Of a stretch of 64,000 nt of DNA, positions 52,968 to 64,000 are shown one piece after another (position 1 is the first letter of the stretch; each line of letters begins with the position of its first letter). The translations under genes were made by a program, and so were the position numbers. The notes below the pieces were generated by a model, which made no database searches, was not told the origin of the DNA, and worked only from the letters and a program-made list of their open reading frames with translations. The stretch spans positions 328,042,001 to 328,106,000 of the forward strand of contig OZ024743.1 in NCBI GenBank assembly GCA_964016885.1, in the 5' to 3' direction. Source of the DNA: Eledone cirrhosa. Its lineage: Eukaryota.

Positions 52968-54300
52968 CACATGGCTTAGTGGATAGAGCATTGGCTTTGT
53001 AATCGAAAGGTTGTGAGTTCAATTCTCAGACCAGGTGATGTGTTGTTTCCTTGAGCAAGACACTTTATTTCACATTGCTCCAGAAATGAGATGATAGGGA
53101 CTGGGGTCCATATCATTCCACTGCAAAAAAGCACCCAGTACTCACTGTAAATGAGGTTGGTGTTAGGAAGGGCATCCAGCTATAGAAATCAAGCCAGAAT
53201 CAGTTCCTGTTCCACCCTTGTAAGCAGGGAAAAAGCGGACGTATGATGATGATGATGATATATATATGGTATTTCTGCTGAATGAAATAAAATCAAATAC
53301 ATTTATATTTCAATTATTATAGAACTTCAAACTGGATGCATTCTGCTATCTAGTTTGGTGGTTTTGGTGTTCTGGTTTTAGGCTGTGGTTCTGCTGTGCT
53401 CTACATGAGCCGTAGACATAATCTGTCACTTGGTTTAACACCACAACCTAGCCTTTATATTGGGTACATTTTATTATGGTACCAGCATTAAAGAAGTTGT
53501 TATGTCATTAACAGAACTAAAGGGATCTTTTTACCCTATGTGTTTCTGTTCAATCACTGACTGCTTTACAGAGTGTACTAGGTGCATTTTATTGTGGATT
53601 AGCACTAGAGAAGTTGTTATTCTCTGGAGAAGACTGAAGTTTTGTTGTCTTTGATTACTATCCCCAGAATATACACAGCTGTGAAATAGATAGATGAGCT
53701 ATTTTATCAGTTACATAAAGTTGTGTGTTAAGTACTCTTTGGTTTTGAAATCCCTCACGTTATAAAATAAATAGGATGGGTTGGGGTCTCAATATGAAAA
53801 CTAAATGACTAATTCTGGGTTTTTTTTTAAATCAATGGAGACAACCTAGAAAAATTACTGATTTTCCACCCCCCACCCTCGCTTATTCTATCTCCACTAT
53901 TTTTGGGGACCCAAGAGTAGTTTATAGAGAGGTTCTGTTATATTTTCATACTTAAGTCGAGGTATTTATTACAAAATATTTATTGTTTTATAATCTTCTC
54001 TCTGGAGAATGTGTGATATGGAAATGACATAATGGTTGTGTTTTCAGTTCAAATCTTGCTGTGGCCAACATAAGTAGATTTAATCAGTTACAGATTTTAA
54101 AACCACCACTTTGCACTTGACTACCTTTAACAGTGTCCATTCCGTTGTTGTAAACATTTGGATTAAGTCATCCTTCCTCCTTCCCTGTATTCTCAAAGGT
54201 TCTAAAAAGGGTCATGGGCAATATACGTACAAAGGTCAAGGTCAATTACTGCACAAGGTATATATATATATACCACACACCAATAGCCATGCTTACACTG

Positions 54301-54439
<139 letters not shown>

Positions 54440-55397
54440 ACACGTGCCCATAGTGTGTATGTAAATGTATATATATCATAATCATCACTGTTTAACATCC
54501 ATTTTTCCATGCTAGCATGGGTTAGAGGAGTTGTCCTGTTGTGAGTCAAGCCATATCAGATGACCATGTCTTGCTCATACTGGACTGATATATATATATA
54601 TACATAAACATATCAAATAAGTTTATATATATAAACATATCAAATAAGTTTATATATATATATAAACATCAAATAAGTTTAGAATTTTGTGTTTCTCAAG
54701 AAGCAAGCTCAACAGACTTTATCTAGAGTCATAATAATCAAATAAAAAAGATATATGTATATATATATATATAGAAAGAGTCATATATTGTATAAGAAAC
54801 ACAGTATATTGTATATATACCAAATACATATTCTATAGAATATGTACACAGGTGGAATCATAAGTGAAACCTTATAGCGCTATTTCATATCTGGAAAGTG
54901 TAGCTCATATGATATATGGCTCTTTCTCTCTCTCTCTATATATATACGTATATCTTTTTCATTTGATTATATATATATATAAGTAGTGTTAAGAAGGGCA
55001 TCCAGCATTAAAACCCCAGCCAAATGGCCAGACCCTCCTCATAACAAGACCACCCAATTTTACTGTAAAGATGGTTGGTGTAAAAAAAAAAAAAAAAAGA
55101 AGTCAAAATGCAGTTCTATTTGAGCAAAGTAAATGGTGTGGCCAACTGGCCAGACTTGCCTCAAAACATAGACAACCCATTAGACCCATGCAAGAATGGA
55201 AAATAAGATGTTAAACGGTGGTGGATTGATAATATATATATATAGACGTATACTCGCACACATACACACAATTATTTTCTAAATAAGAAAGAATCTGGGT
55301 AATGATTGCTCTGTAAACCTGAAACTAACAGTAATGTGAAAAGAAGCCAGCAGTAGAAGCAATATTTTGAGATTGTTAGACAAGGTGGTGGTGGTGT

Positions 55398-55428
<31 letters not shown>

Positions 55429-55720
55429 GTTATAAAGAGAAACTATGGTGATACAATATTTAATTTGGCAAGAGAAGAGATCTATAGACAACAGGTAGAG
55501 AGCAACAACAGCAAATAGAACATTCCACCAATGTGGGACCATGTCAATCATGCAAGAGAAGGGAAGTGAGAAAGTGAAGGTGAGGGGAGGAGTAATGGAG
55601 AGAGAGAGATAAAGAGATAGATAGATAGATAGAGAGAGATAGATAGAGAGAGAGAGGCAGAGAGAGAGACAAGAAAGAGAAGGTTGGAGAGTTTATACTA
55701 TATCTCTCAATAATACATAC

Positions 55721-55849
55721 TTGGATATTCTGTTGGTGACGACTTTGTTTTTCAACTCTTTTCTTCAATTCTTCCTTCTTTGCTTTCAACATCTTCATCT
55801 CTTCACCATCAGTAAGGTCATCCTCTTCAGTCTCCATTACAGCTTCATC
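55721..55849 (-). CDS. SMG6: SMG6 exon (acidic linker and coiled coil)
   Basis: tttctag|DEAVMETEEDDLTDGEEMKMLKAKKEELKKRVEKQSRHQQNIQ|gtatgt; 129 nt, phase 0-0. Confidence 0.92.
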
Positions 55850-56399
55850 CTAGAAACAACAGAAATACCATTCAATAACCAAGAAACCCTGAACACGTTT
55901 TTGAACTCCATGTGTCTAACACCCGAGAACATGCTTACAAAATCAGAAAACAGTACAGCTCCCATGACTTTTGGAAACATTTTTTCACGCTTAGAGTTGT
56001 TGAAGTATGGAAAAAAATACCTGCATCAGTTGTTAGCTGCCGGGACACTGTATCATTCAAAACTTCCAAGCTTCCTGAGATTCGCCAACACTACACTTGA
56101 TATCCCCCCTGCTCCTCACACTGTACATTATTCTATGTACTATACATGTACCTTTGATGAATTGTAGTGCACCTGAGCACTGTAGACAATAATTTTCATT
56201 ATTATTATTATTATTATGAATAAGTGATTATGTAGAAATCACACCAAAAAATGGAATATAATATTAACAAAATGTGGTACTCCGAACTGCCTCACTCTGG
56301 ACAACCAATCCAATTCATGCCAGCATAGAAAACTGATGATGATGATGGTGGTGACGATAATGGTGGTGATAGTGGTAATTAATTGATTCCACTAAAGCA

Positions 56400-56688
56400 T
56401 CCAAGGACCAGGTGGTGATGTTAAACTGGGTGATGGATTAAGTCTACCATCTAAGGACCAAGTGGTGGTGTTATACTGGGTGATGGATTAAGTCTACTAC
56501 CCAAGGACCAGGTGGTTGTGTTAAACAAGGTGACAGATTAAGTCTACCATCCAAGGACGAGGCGGTGGTGCTAAGTAAGGTGACAGATTAAGTCTACCAC
56601 CCAAGAGCCATGTGATGGTGTTAAACTGGGTGACAGATTAAGTATCACCCAAGGGCCAGATGGTGTTAAACCAGACAATGGATTAAGT
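56400..56688. repeat. ~50-bp tandem repeat, ~6 copies
   Basis: ccaaggaccaggtggtggtgttaaactgggtgacagattaagtctaccat-like unit. Confidence 0.9.
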
Positions 56689-56789
56689 CAACCACATATG
56701 TGTGAAAAATCCTTATAAAATGCAAAGAATGATAAAGCTCTTTGTAAAAAGCTTCCTTGTGTAGAGAAGTGATGAAGGTAAAAACTCAC

Positions 56790-56972
56790 CTCAGAAGTAA
56801 CATATTGTTCAATATTCATTTCCAACTCTGCTTCATCTATTAACAAAGTGGGTTCTGTGGACGAGTAACGTTTAGTTTCCACATCAAATGACAACATTGG
56901 GGTTTCAATACCACATAAATAATCCCCAAAATTCTTCAGACTTTGAATGCGAAGGCTATCTCGAGCTATGTC
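56790..56972 (-). CDS. SMG6: SMG6 exon
   Basis: tttttcag|DIARDSLRIQSLKNFGDYLCGIETPMLSF...EQYVTSE|gtgagt; 183 nt; resembles human ADCKRVTVLKYFLEALCGQEEPLLAF (from memory). Confidence 0.93.
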
Positions 56973-57636
56973 CTGAAAAATGTAAACCATTTACAATGTA
57001 TTTAGCAAGGTAAATTGGGAAATATACAAGTCCCTGGCTGTGAGTAAAAGAAAATACAGGAGGATCAGTTAATAATGATTTTATTCAACATATTCCCCTC
57101 AGATTCACATGTTTATTGCAACAGTCCTACCTCCCCTGTAAAGGTAACAGCTCTACCCTTTCGCAATACACTTAAGCCAGGAACTTTTCAACACCCTAGT
57201 AAAGTGTAATAGGACTTACGGAATTGTTTTAAAATATTCAGAATTATTAATTAATGAGATAAGATAGCACATTGGCAGAGTTGTTTACAAGTGGAATTAA
57301 ATACCTTGTGGCATTTGTTCTAGATAACAATTAACCCTTTTGTTACCAACCCAGCCAAAACCTGCTCTGGTTCTATGAAATAAAATCACCCATTTTAAAG
57401 GTTTAGTAAATCCCTCAAAATTCTTCATTGATTAACTGAAAAAGTGTATTTCATTAGAAATGTAGTTATGAAAGGATTAATGTGTCTATAATTGAATTTA
57501 ACTTTCTATATCTTCAATACTATAAGGGTTAGGTCATCTGTAACAATATAATGAGAGAAATATTCAGAGATTTTAAAGAATCTGTGTAATATGAATGAGT
57601 AAATGATATAATTCAGGGTATGGCTTTAACACTTAC

Positions 57637-57740
57637 CTTGTCATCAATAAAATGAACATAGGTGGGGTTGAATGGAGCACTCAATAGGGGTACAAAGCCA
57701 CACAACATAGTATCTTCACTCAGAATCACCGGTTCACAAT
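57637..57740 (-). CDS. SMG6: SMG6 exon
   Basis: ttttttag|(N)CEPVILSEDTMLCGFVPLLSAPFNPTYVHFIDDK|gtaagt; 104 nt; conserved L.ED..L.GFVPLL motif of the EST1 family. Confidence 0.95.
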
Positions 57741-58540
57741 CTAAAAAAAAACGAGACACAAATTAAACAAGTAAATAGTATATGTCAGGTTATTAACGAA
57801 ATTGCCATGTTCTTGTTCCCTCCACCACCACCACCACCACCACCACATCCTCACTCACTGTTATCGGAGAGGAGTTGGCTAACCTGCAAGAGCGAGCCCT
57901 GCAAGATGGAGTGGCTGTTCCAGCACATCTCCATCAGCATCTTCTGGGTCAATGTCTTCTCTATCCTGTTAGCCAAGACTACAAGATGGACTAACCCTTC
58001 AGTTTCATTTATGGTGAAGGCACGTGGAATGGATTTGCTTCCAATTTATTAGTTGTTTATTATTTCACAGTGTGTTTACACATGATTAGTAAAAATGTGC
58101 TCTAATCTTATTAAATTAGTTCTATATTTCATCTGCCCATCATCCACCTCATGGATTATCTCTGTGCTGATCACTGGTCACTATCCTCTGAGGCATTTTG
58201 GCCGATTGCTGTCATTGACAGCATATGGCTGTTTTAACAGTTGTTCTAGTGATGAGATTTCTCATTTTTAAATGAATTAATATATGTATATTTTATATAT
58301 ATCTATATATATGTTGTGTTGGTGACAAGACAAAAAGCACCCAGTTCACACTGTAAATATGGTTGGTGTTAGGAACAGTATCGAGCCATAGAAACAGCTC
58401 TGTATAAGCAAGACATGATCACCTGATCTAACTTGTCTCACAACTTCAGAACAACTTGTCTAACACATGCTAGCATGGATGTTAAATGATGGTGACATAT
58501 AAATATATTTGTAAAATATTTGAGCCTCGAGTGAGTTGAA

Positions 58541-58762
58541 ATGCTTAGAAAATGTAGAGAATCTTGAACGTAGAAAATAACTGAACATGGCTTAGAAAAT
58601 TGGGTATAATACCCCTATAGATGGAAAGTAGTGGCCAGCAGCTGCTATAGAGTTTGTTTCTCTATAGCAGCTACTGGCCACTTTCTTCTGGTATTTTACC
58701 TGATTTTCTAAGCCATGTTCACAGTTAGTTCCTACATTCAAGATATTCTAGTTTCTAAGCAT
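58541..58762. repeat. ~220-bp fold-back inverted repeat in an SMG6 intron
   Basis: agtggccagcagctgctatagag-tttgttt-ctctatagcagctactggccact inner stem, plus outer pairs tgaacatggcttagaaaat/attttctaagccatgttca and atgcttagaaa/tttctaagcat. Confidence 0.88.
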
Positions 58763-59112
58763 ATGATGATCATTGGATGAAGAAATGGCAGGAAATGCCA
58801 GTGGAAGAAAGCTGCAGTAGAGGTAGACCAAGAAAGACCTGGGCAGAGGTGGTGACAGATGATCTCAAAGAGCTGAGACTTCACAGAGCAGATGACAAAG
58901 AATCATAAGTGGAGAGATCCCGTGCTAAGAAACACCCATCCAATCCATACAAGCACAGAAAAAACAGACATAAAAAAATGATGATGAATGATGGATATAT
59001 ATATATATATCAATCATTTGACTATCATCATCATCAACTATTATCAAGTGATGATGATGATGATTTATTGGTTGGTTAGTTAGAAATAATAGTTGAAATG
59101 AAATATATTTAC

Positions 59113-59210
59113 TTTCAATTTTGTCTTTATAAAGCTTCACATGTGAGATATCAACTTGTATGAGAACGTTGCAGAGTTTAGCCAGGGCTTCCCAAACATC
59201 AATATTAGCA
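59113..59210 (-). CDS. SMG6: SMG6 exon (most 5' exon in the window; gene continues beyond 64000)
   Basis: ctatttcag|t-ANIDVWEALAKLCNVLIQVDISHVKLYKDKIE+a|gtaaat; 98 nt; resembles human VDVWSTLADFCNIL...VPLYKD (from memory). Confidence 0.93.
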
Positions 59211-60161
59211 CTGAAATAGAAACAGAGAAACTTCTTCCTTTAACCCTTTCTTTACCAGATTTTTAATGTAAAACATCTTCAAATCATTTTGAAAATAATC
59301 AAGGATTTGGGGGGGGATTTAGTAATATAACTTTCTTTTTATTAAATTATGTTTGTCTATAACTTAAAAAATGTTTGTACATGAAATTATGATGGAATAT
59401 TTGGTGAGAGTGTGTCTGGAGGGGCTCCAACCATAGAAACCATGTTAAAAAGTAATGTATGAGTGTGGCGCAATCATCTGGTATGTGTAGCATCAGAGCA
59501 TGATGACATATCTGAATTGTGTAGACATACTGAGTGGATGTAGAGTGACGAAGGTGGTGATAGTTCTTCATAATCATCATTTAACGTCCATTTTCCATGT
59601 TAGCACGGGTAGGATATGCTGTCCTCTTGTGAGATAACCAGGTCAGAGGACCGTGTTTTGCTCACACGGAACCGATTTGGGCTTGGTTCCTATGGCTGGA
59701 TGCCCTTCCTAATGCCAACCACATTTACAATGTGTGTGTGTGTGTACATGTATACATACATACAGATGTGTGTGTGTATACATACATAGTCCATCATGGA
59801 AGATAGCTATGATGGTGATATGACAAAGGCAACCAGTCTACTCTGTAAGGTGGATGCCATGATAAAAAGTACCCAGTCCACACTGTAAGGTGGATGGCGT
59901 TAGGAAGGATACACAACCATAAAAAAACAAGCTATAAATGGATCAAATGAGCAAAATGGTCACCTGACCTGTCTGACCCATGGAAGAATGGAAAACAGAC
60001 ATTAAATAGCGATGATGCTGATGAGTTTCATATCATCAAACCAGAACAGTTGCAGGCAGTTTAATATGAAAATGGTTAAACCATTAGTTTAAACCACCTT
60101 ATTACTTCTTGCTACTAGTTTATTCTAATATTACTATTTTACCATGGGTTTATCTGTGATC

Positions 60162-63100
60162 ACAGGTTGGACAGTGGGTTTAAAGCTGGAGTGACAGGCT
60201 GGACTGTGGGTTTAAAGCTGGAGTGACAGGCTGGACAGCAGTTCTAATGCCAGAGTGACAGGCTGAACTGTGGGTCTAATGCCAGAGTGACAGGCTGGAC
60301 TGTGGGTCTAATGCCAGAGTGACAGGCTGGACTGTGGGTCTCATGCCAGAGTGACAGGTTGGACTGTGGGTCTAATGCCAGAGTGACAGGCTGGACTGTG
60401 GGTCTAATGCCAGAGTGACAGGCTGGACTGTGGGTCTAATGCCAGAGTGACAGGTTGGACTGTGGGTCTAATGCCAGAGTGACAGGTTGGACTGTGGGTT
60501 TAATGCCAGAGTGACAGGTTGGACTGTGGGTTTAATGCCAGAGTGACAGGCTGGACTGTGGGTCTAATGCCAGAGTGACAGGCAGGATTGTGGGTTTAAT
60601 GCCAGAGTGACAGGCAGGATTGTGGGTTTAATGCCAGAGTGACAGGTTGGACTGTGGGTCTAATGCCAGAGTGACAGGTTGGACTGTGGGTTTAATGCCA
60701 GAGTGACAGGTTGGACTGTGGGTCTAATGCCAGAGTGACAGGCTGGACTGTGGGTCTAATGCCAGAGTGACAGGCTGGATTGTGGGTTTAATGCCAGAGT
60801 GACAGGTTGGACTGTGGGTTTAATGCCAGAGTGACAGGCTGGACTGTGGGTTTAATGCCAGAGTGACAGGCTGGACTGTGGGTTTAATGCCAGAGTGACA
60901 GGTTGGACTGTGGGTTTAATGCCAGAGTGACAGGTTGGACTGTGGGTTTAATGCCAGAGTGACAGGTTGGACTGTGGGTTTAATGCTAGAGTGACAGGTT
61001 GGACTGTGGGTTTAATGCCAGAGTGACAGGTTGGACTGTGGGTTTAATGCCAGAGTGACAGGCTGGACTGTGGGTTTAATGCCAGAGTGACAGGCTGGAC
61101 TGTGGGTCTAATGCCAGAGTGACAGGCTGGACTGTGGGTCTAATGCCAGAGTGACAGGCTGGACTGTGGGTCTAATGCCAGAGTGACAGGCTGGATTGTG
61201 GGTTTAATGCCAGAGTGACAGGCTGGACTGTGGGTCTAATGCCAGAGTGACAGGCTGGACTGTGGGTCTAATGCCAGAGTGACAGGCTGGACTGTGGGTC
61301 TAATGCCAGAGTGACAGGCTGGATTGTGGGTTTAATGCCAGAGTGACAGGCTGGACTGTGGGTCTAATGCCAGAGTGACAGGCTGGACTGTGGGTCTAAT
61401 GCCAGAGTGACAGGCTGGACTGTGGGTCTAATGCCAGAGTGACAGGCTGGACTGTGGGTCTAATGCCAGAGTGACAGGCAGGATTGTGGGTTTAATGCCA
61501 GAGTGACAGGCTGGATTGTGGGTTTAATGCCAGAGTGACAGGCTGGACTGTGGGTCTAATGCCAGAGTGACAGGCTGGACTGTGGGTCTAATGCCAGAGT
61601 GACAGGCTGGACTGTGGGTCTAATGCCAGAGTGACAGGCTGGACTGTGGGTCTAATGCCAGAGTGACAGGCTGGACTGTGGGTCTAATGCCAGAGTGACA
61701 GGCTGGACTGTGGGTCTAATGCCAGAGTGACAGGCTGGATTGTGGGTTTAATGCCAGAGTGACAGGCTGGACTGTGGGTTTAATGCCAGAGTGACAGGCT
61801 GGACTGTGGGTTTAATGCCAGAGTGACAGGTTGGACTGTGGGTTTAATGCCAGAGTGACAGGCTGGACTGTGGGTCTAATGCCAGAGTGACAGGCTGGAC
61901 TGTGGGTTTAATGCCAGAGTGACAGGTTGGACTGTGGGTTTAATGCCAGAGTGACAGGCTGGATTGTGGGTTTAATGCTAGAGTGACAGGTTGGACTGTG
62001 GGTTTAATGCCAGAGTGACAGGCTGGACTGTGGGTTTAATGCCAGAGTGACAGGTTGGACTGTGGGTTTAATGCCAGAGTGACAGGTTGGACTGTGGGTC
62101 TAATGCCAGAGTGACAGGCTGGATTGTGGGTTTAATGCCAGAGTGACAGGCTGGACTGTGGGTTTAATGCCAGAGTGACAGGCTGGACTGTGGGTTTAAT
62201 GCCAGAGTGACAGGTTGGACTGTGGGTTTAATGCCAGAGTGACAGGCTGGACTGTGGGTCTAATGCCAGAGTGACAGGCTGGACTGTGGGTTTAATGCCA
62301 GAGTGACAGGTTGGACTGTGGGTTTAATGCCAGAGTGACAGGCTGGATTGTGGGTTTAATGCTAGAGTGACAGGTTGGACTGTGGGTTTAATGCCAGAGT
62401 GACAGGCTGGACTGTGGGTTTAATGCCAGAGTGACAGGTTGGACTGTGGGTTTAATGCCAGAGTGACAGGTTGGACTGTGGGTCTAATGCCAGAGTGACA
62501 GGCTGGATTGTGGGTTTAATGCCAGAGTGACAGGCAGGATTGTGGGTTTAATGCCAGAGTGACAGGCTGGACTGTGGGTCTAATGCCAGAGTGACAGGTT
62601 GGACTGTGGATTTAATGCCAGAGTGACAGGTTGGACTGTGGGTCTAATGCTAGAGTGACAGGTTGGACTGTGGGTCTAATGCTAGAGTGACAGGCTGGAT
62701 TGTGGATTTAATGCCAGAGTGACAGGCAGGATTGTGGGTTTAATGCCAGAGTGACAGGCTGGACTGTGGGTTTAATGCCAGAGTGACAGGTTGGACTGTG
62801 GATTTAATGCCAGAGTGACAGGCTGGACTGTGGGTTTAATGCCAGAGTGACAGGCTGGACTGTGGATTTAATGCCAGAGTGACAGGCTGGACTGTGGGTT
62901 TAATGCCAGAGTGACAGGCTGGACTGTGGATTTAATGCCAGAGTGACAGGCTGGACTGTGGATTTAATGCCAGAGTGACAGGCTGGACTGTGGATTTAAT
63001 GCCAGAGTGACAGGCTGGACTGTGGATTTAATGCCAGAGTGACAGGTTGGACTGTGGGTCTAATGCTAGAGTGACAGGTTGGACTGTGGGTCTAATGCTA

Positions 63101-64000
63101 GAGTGACAGGCTGGATTGTGGATTTAATGCCAGAGTGACAGGCAGGATTGTGGGTTTAATGCCAGAGTGACAGGCTGGACTGTGGGTTTAATGCCAGAGT
63201 GACAGGTTGGACTGTGGATTTAATGCCAGAGTGACAGGCTGGACTGTGGGTTTAATGCCAGAGTGACAGGCTGGACTGTGGATTTAATGCCAGAGTGACA
63301 GGCTGGACTGTGGGTCTAATGCCAGAGTGACAGGCTGGATTGTGGGTTTAATGCCAGAGTGACAGGCAGGATTGTGGGTTTAATGCTAGAGTGACAGGTT
63401 GGACTGTGGGTTTAATGCTAGAGTGACAGGTTGGACTGTGGGTTTAATGCTAGAGTGACAGGCTGGACTGTGGGTCTAATGCTAGAGTGACAGGCTGGAC
63501 TGTGGGTTTAATGCTAGAGTGACAGGCTGGACTGTGGGTTTAATGCTAGAGTGACAGGCTGGACTGTGGGTTTAATGCTAGAGTGACAGGTTGGACTGTG
63601 GGTTTAATGCCAGAGTGACAGGCTGGACTGTGGGTTTAATGCTAGAGTGACAGGCTGGACTGTGGGTTTAATGCTAGAGTGACAGGTTGGATTGTGGGTT
63701 TAATGCCAGAGTGACAGGCTGGACTGTGGGTTTAATGCTAGAGTGACAGGCTGGACTGTGGGTTTAATGCTAGAGTGACAGGCTGGACTGTGGGTTTAAT
63801 GCTAGAGTGACAGGCTGGACTGTGGGTTTAATGCTAGAGTGACAGGCTGGACTGTGGGTTTAATGCTAGAGTGACAGGCTGGACTGTGGGTCTAATGCCA
63901 GAGTGACAGGCTGGACTGTGGGTCTAATGCCAGAGTGACAGGCTGGACTGTGGGTCTAATGCCAGAGTGACAGGCTGGATTGTGGGTTTAATGCCAGAGT
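60162..64000. repeat. 32-bp intronic satellite array, about 120 copies, running off the window
   Basis: Unit gccagagtgacaggctggactgtgggtctaat with recurrent variants (ggtt/ggct/ggca, gtct/gttt, gcca/gcta, tggga/tggg). Confidence 0.97.

Noticed and set aside
54860-54920. GAAA-UAGCGCUA-UA palindrome on the minus strand as a hammerhead
   Set aside because: No recognisable CUGANGA or stem I; at most a decayed relic.

Overview
AT-rich, repeat-dense eukaryotic genomic DNA. The SINE/RTE repertoire and microsatellite load suggest an octopus-like cephalopod (inference). The only host gene I can support is the 3' half of SMG6/EST1A (NMD endonuclease) on the minus strand. Eight core exons between 59210 and the stop at 39962 splice in frame with GT-AG boundaries and encode an intact PIN domain. 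A ninth in-frame exon (51343-51414) is an anciently duplicated coiled-coil exon with two upstream UGCAUG motifs. The rest is a mosaic of a 5'-truncated CR1-group LINE, RTE fragments, decayed mariner and DD37D transposons, TTAA- and TA-type MITEs, several SINE families, long fold-back elements, and 58-bp and 32-bp satellite arrays that share a core. The most striking non-genic signal is a set of minimal type-I hammerhead ribozyme motifs with palindromic stem III. Two are complete (12636-12674, 15022-15088) and several are degenerate. They sit in short (TA)n-associated, Penelope-like elements concentrated at 12.4-18.4 kb. All calls were made by eye; no searches were run.
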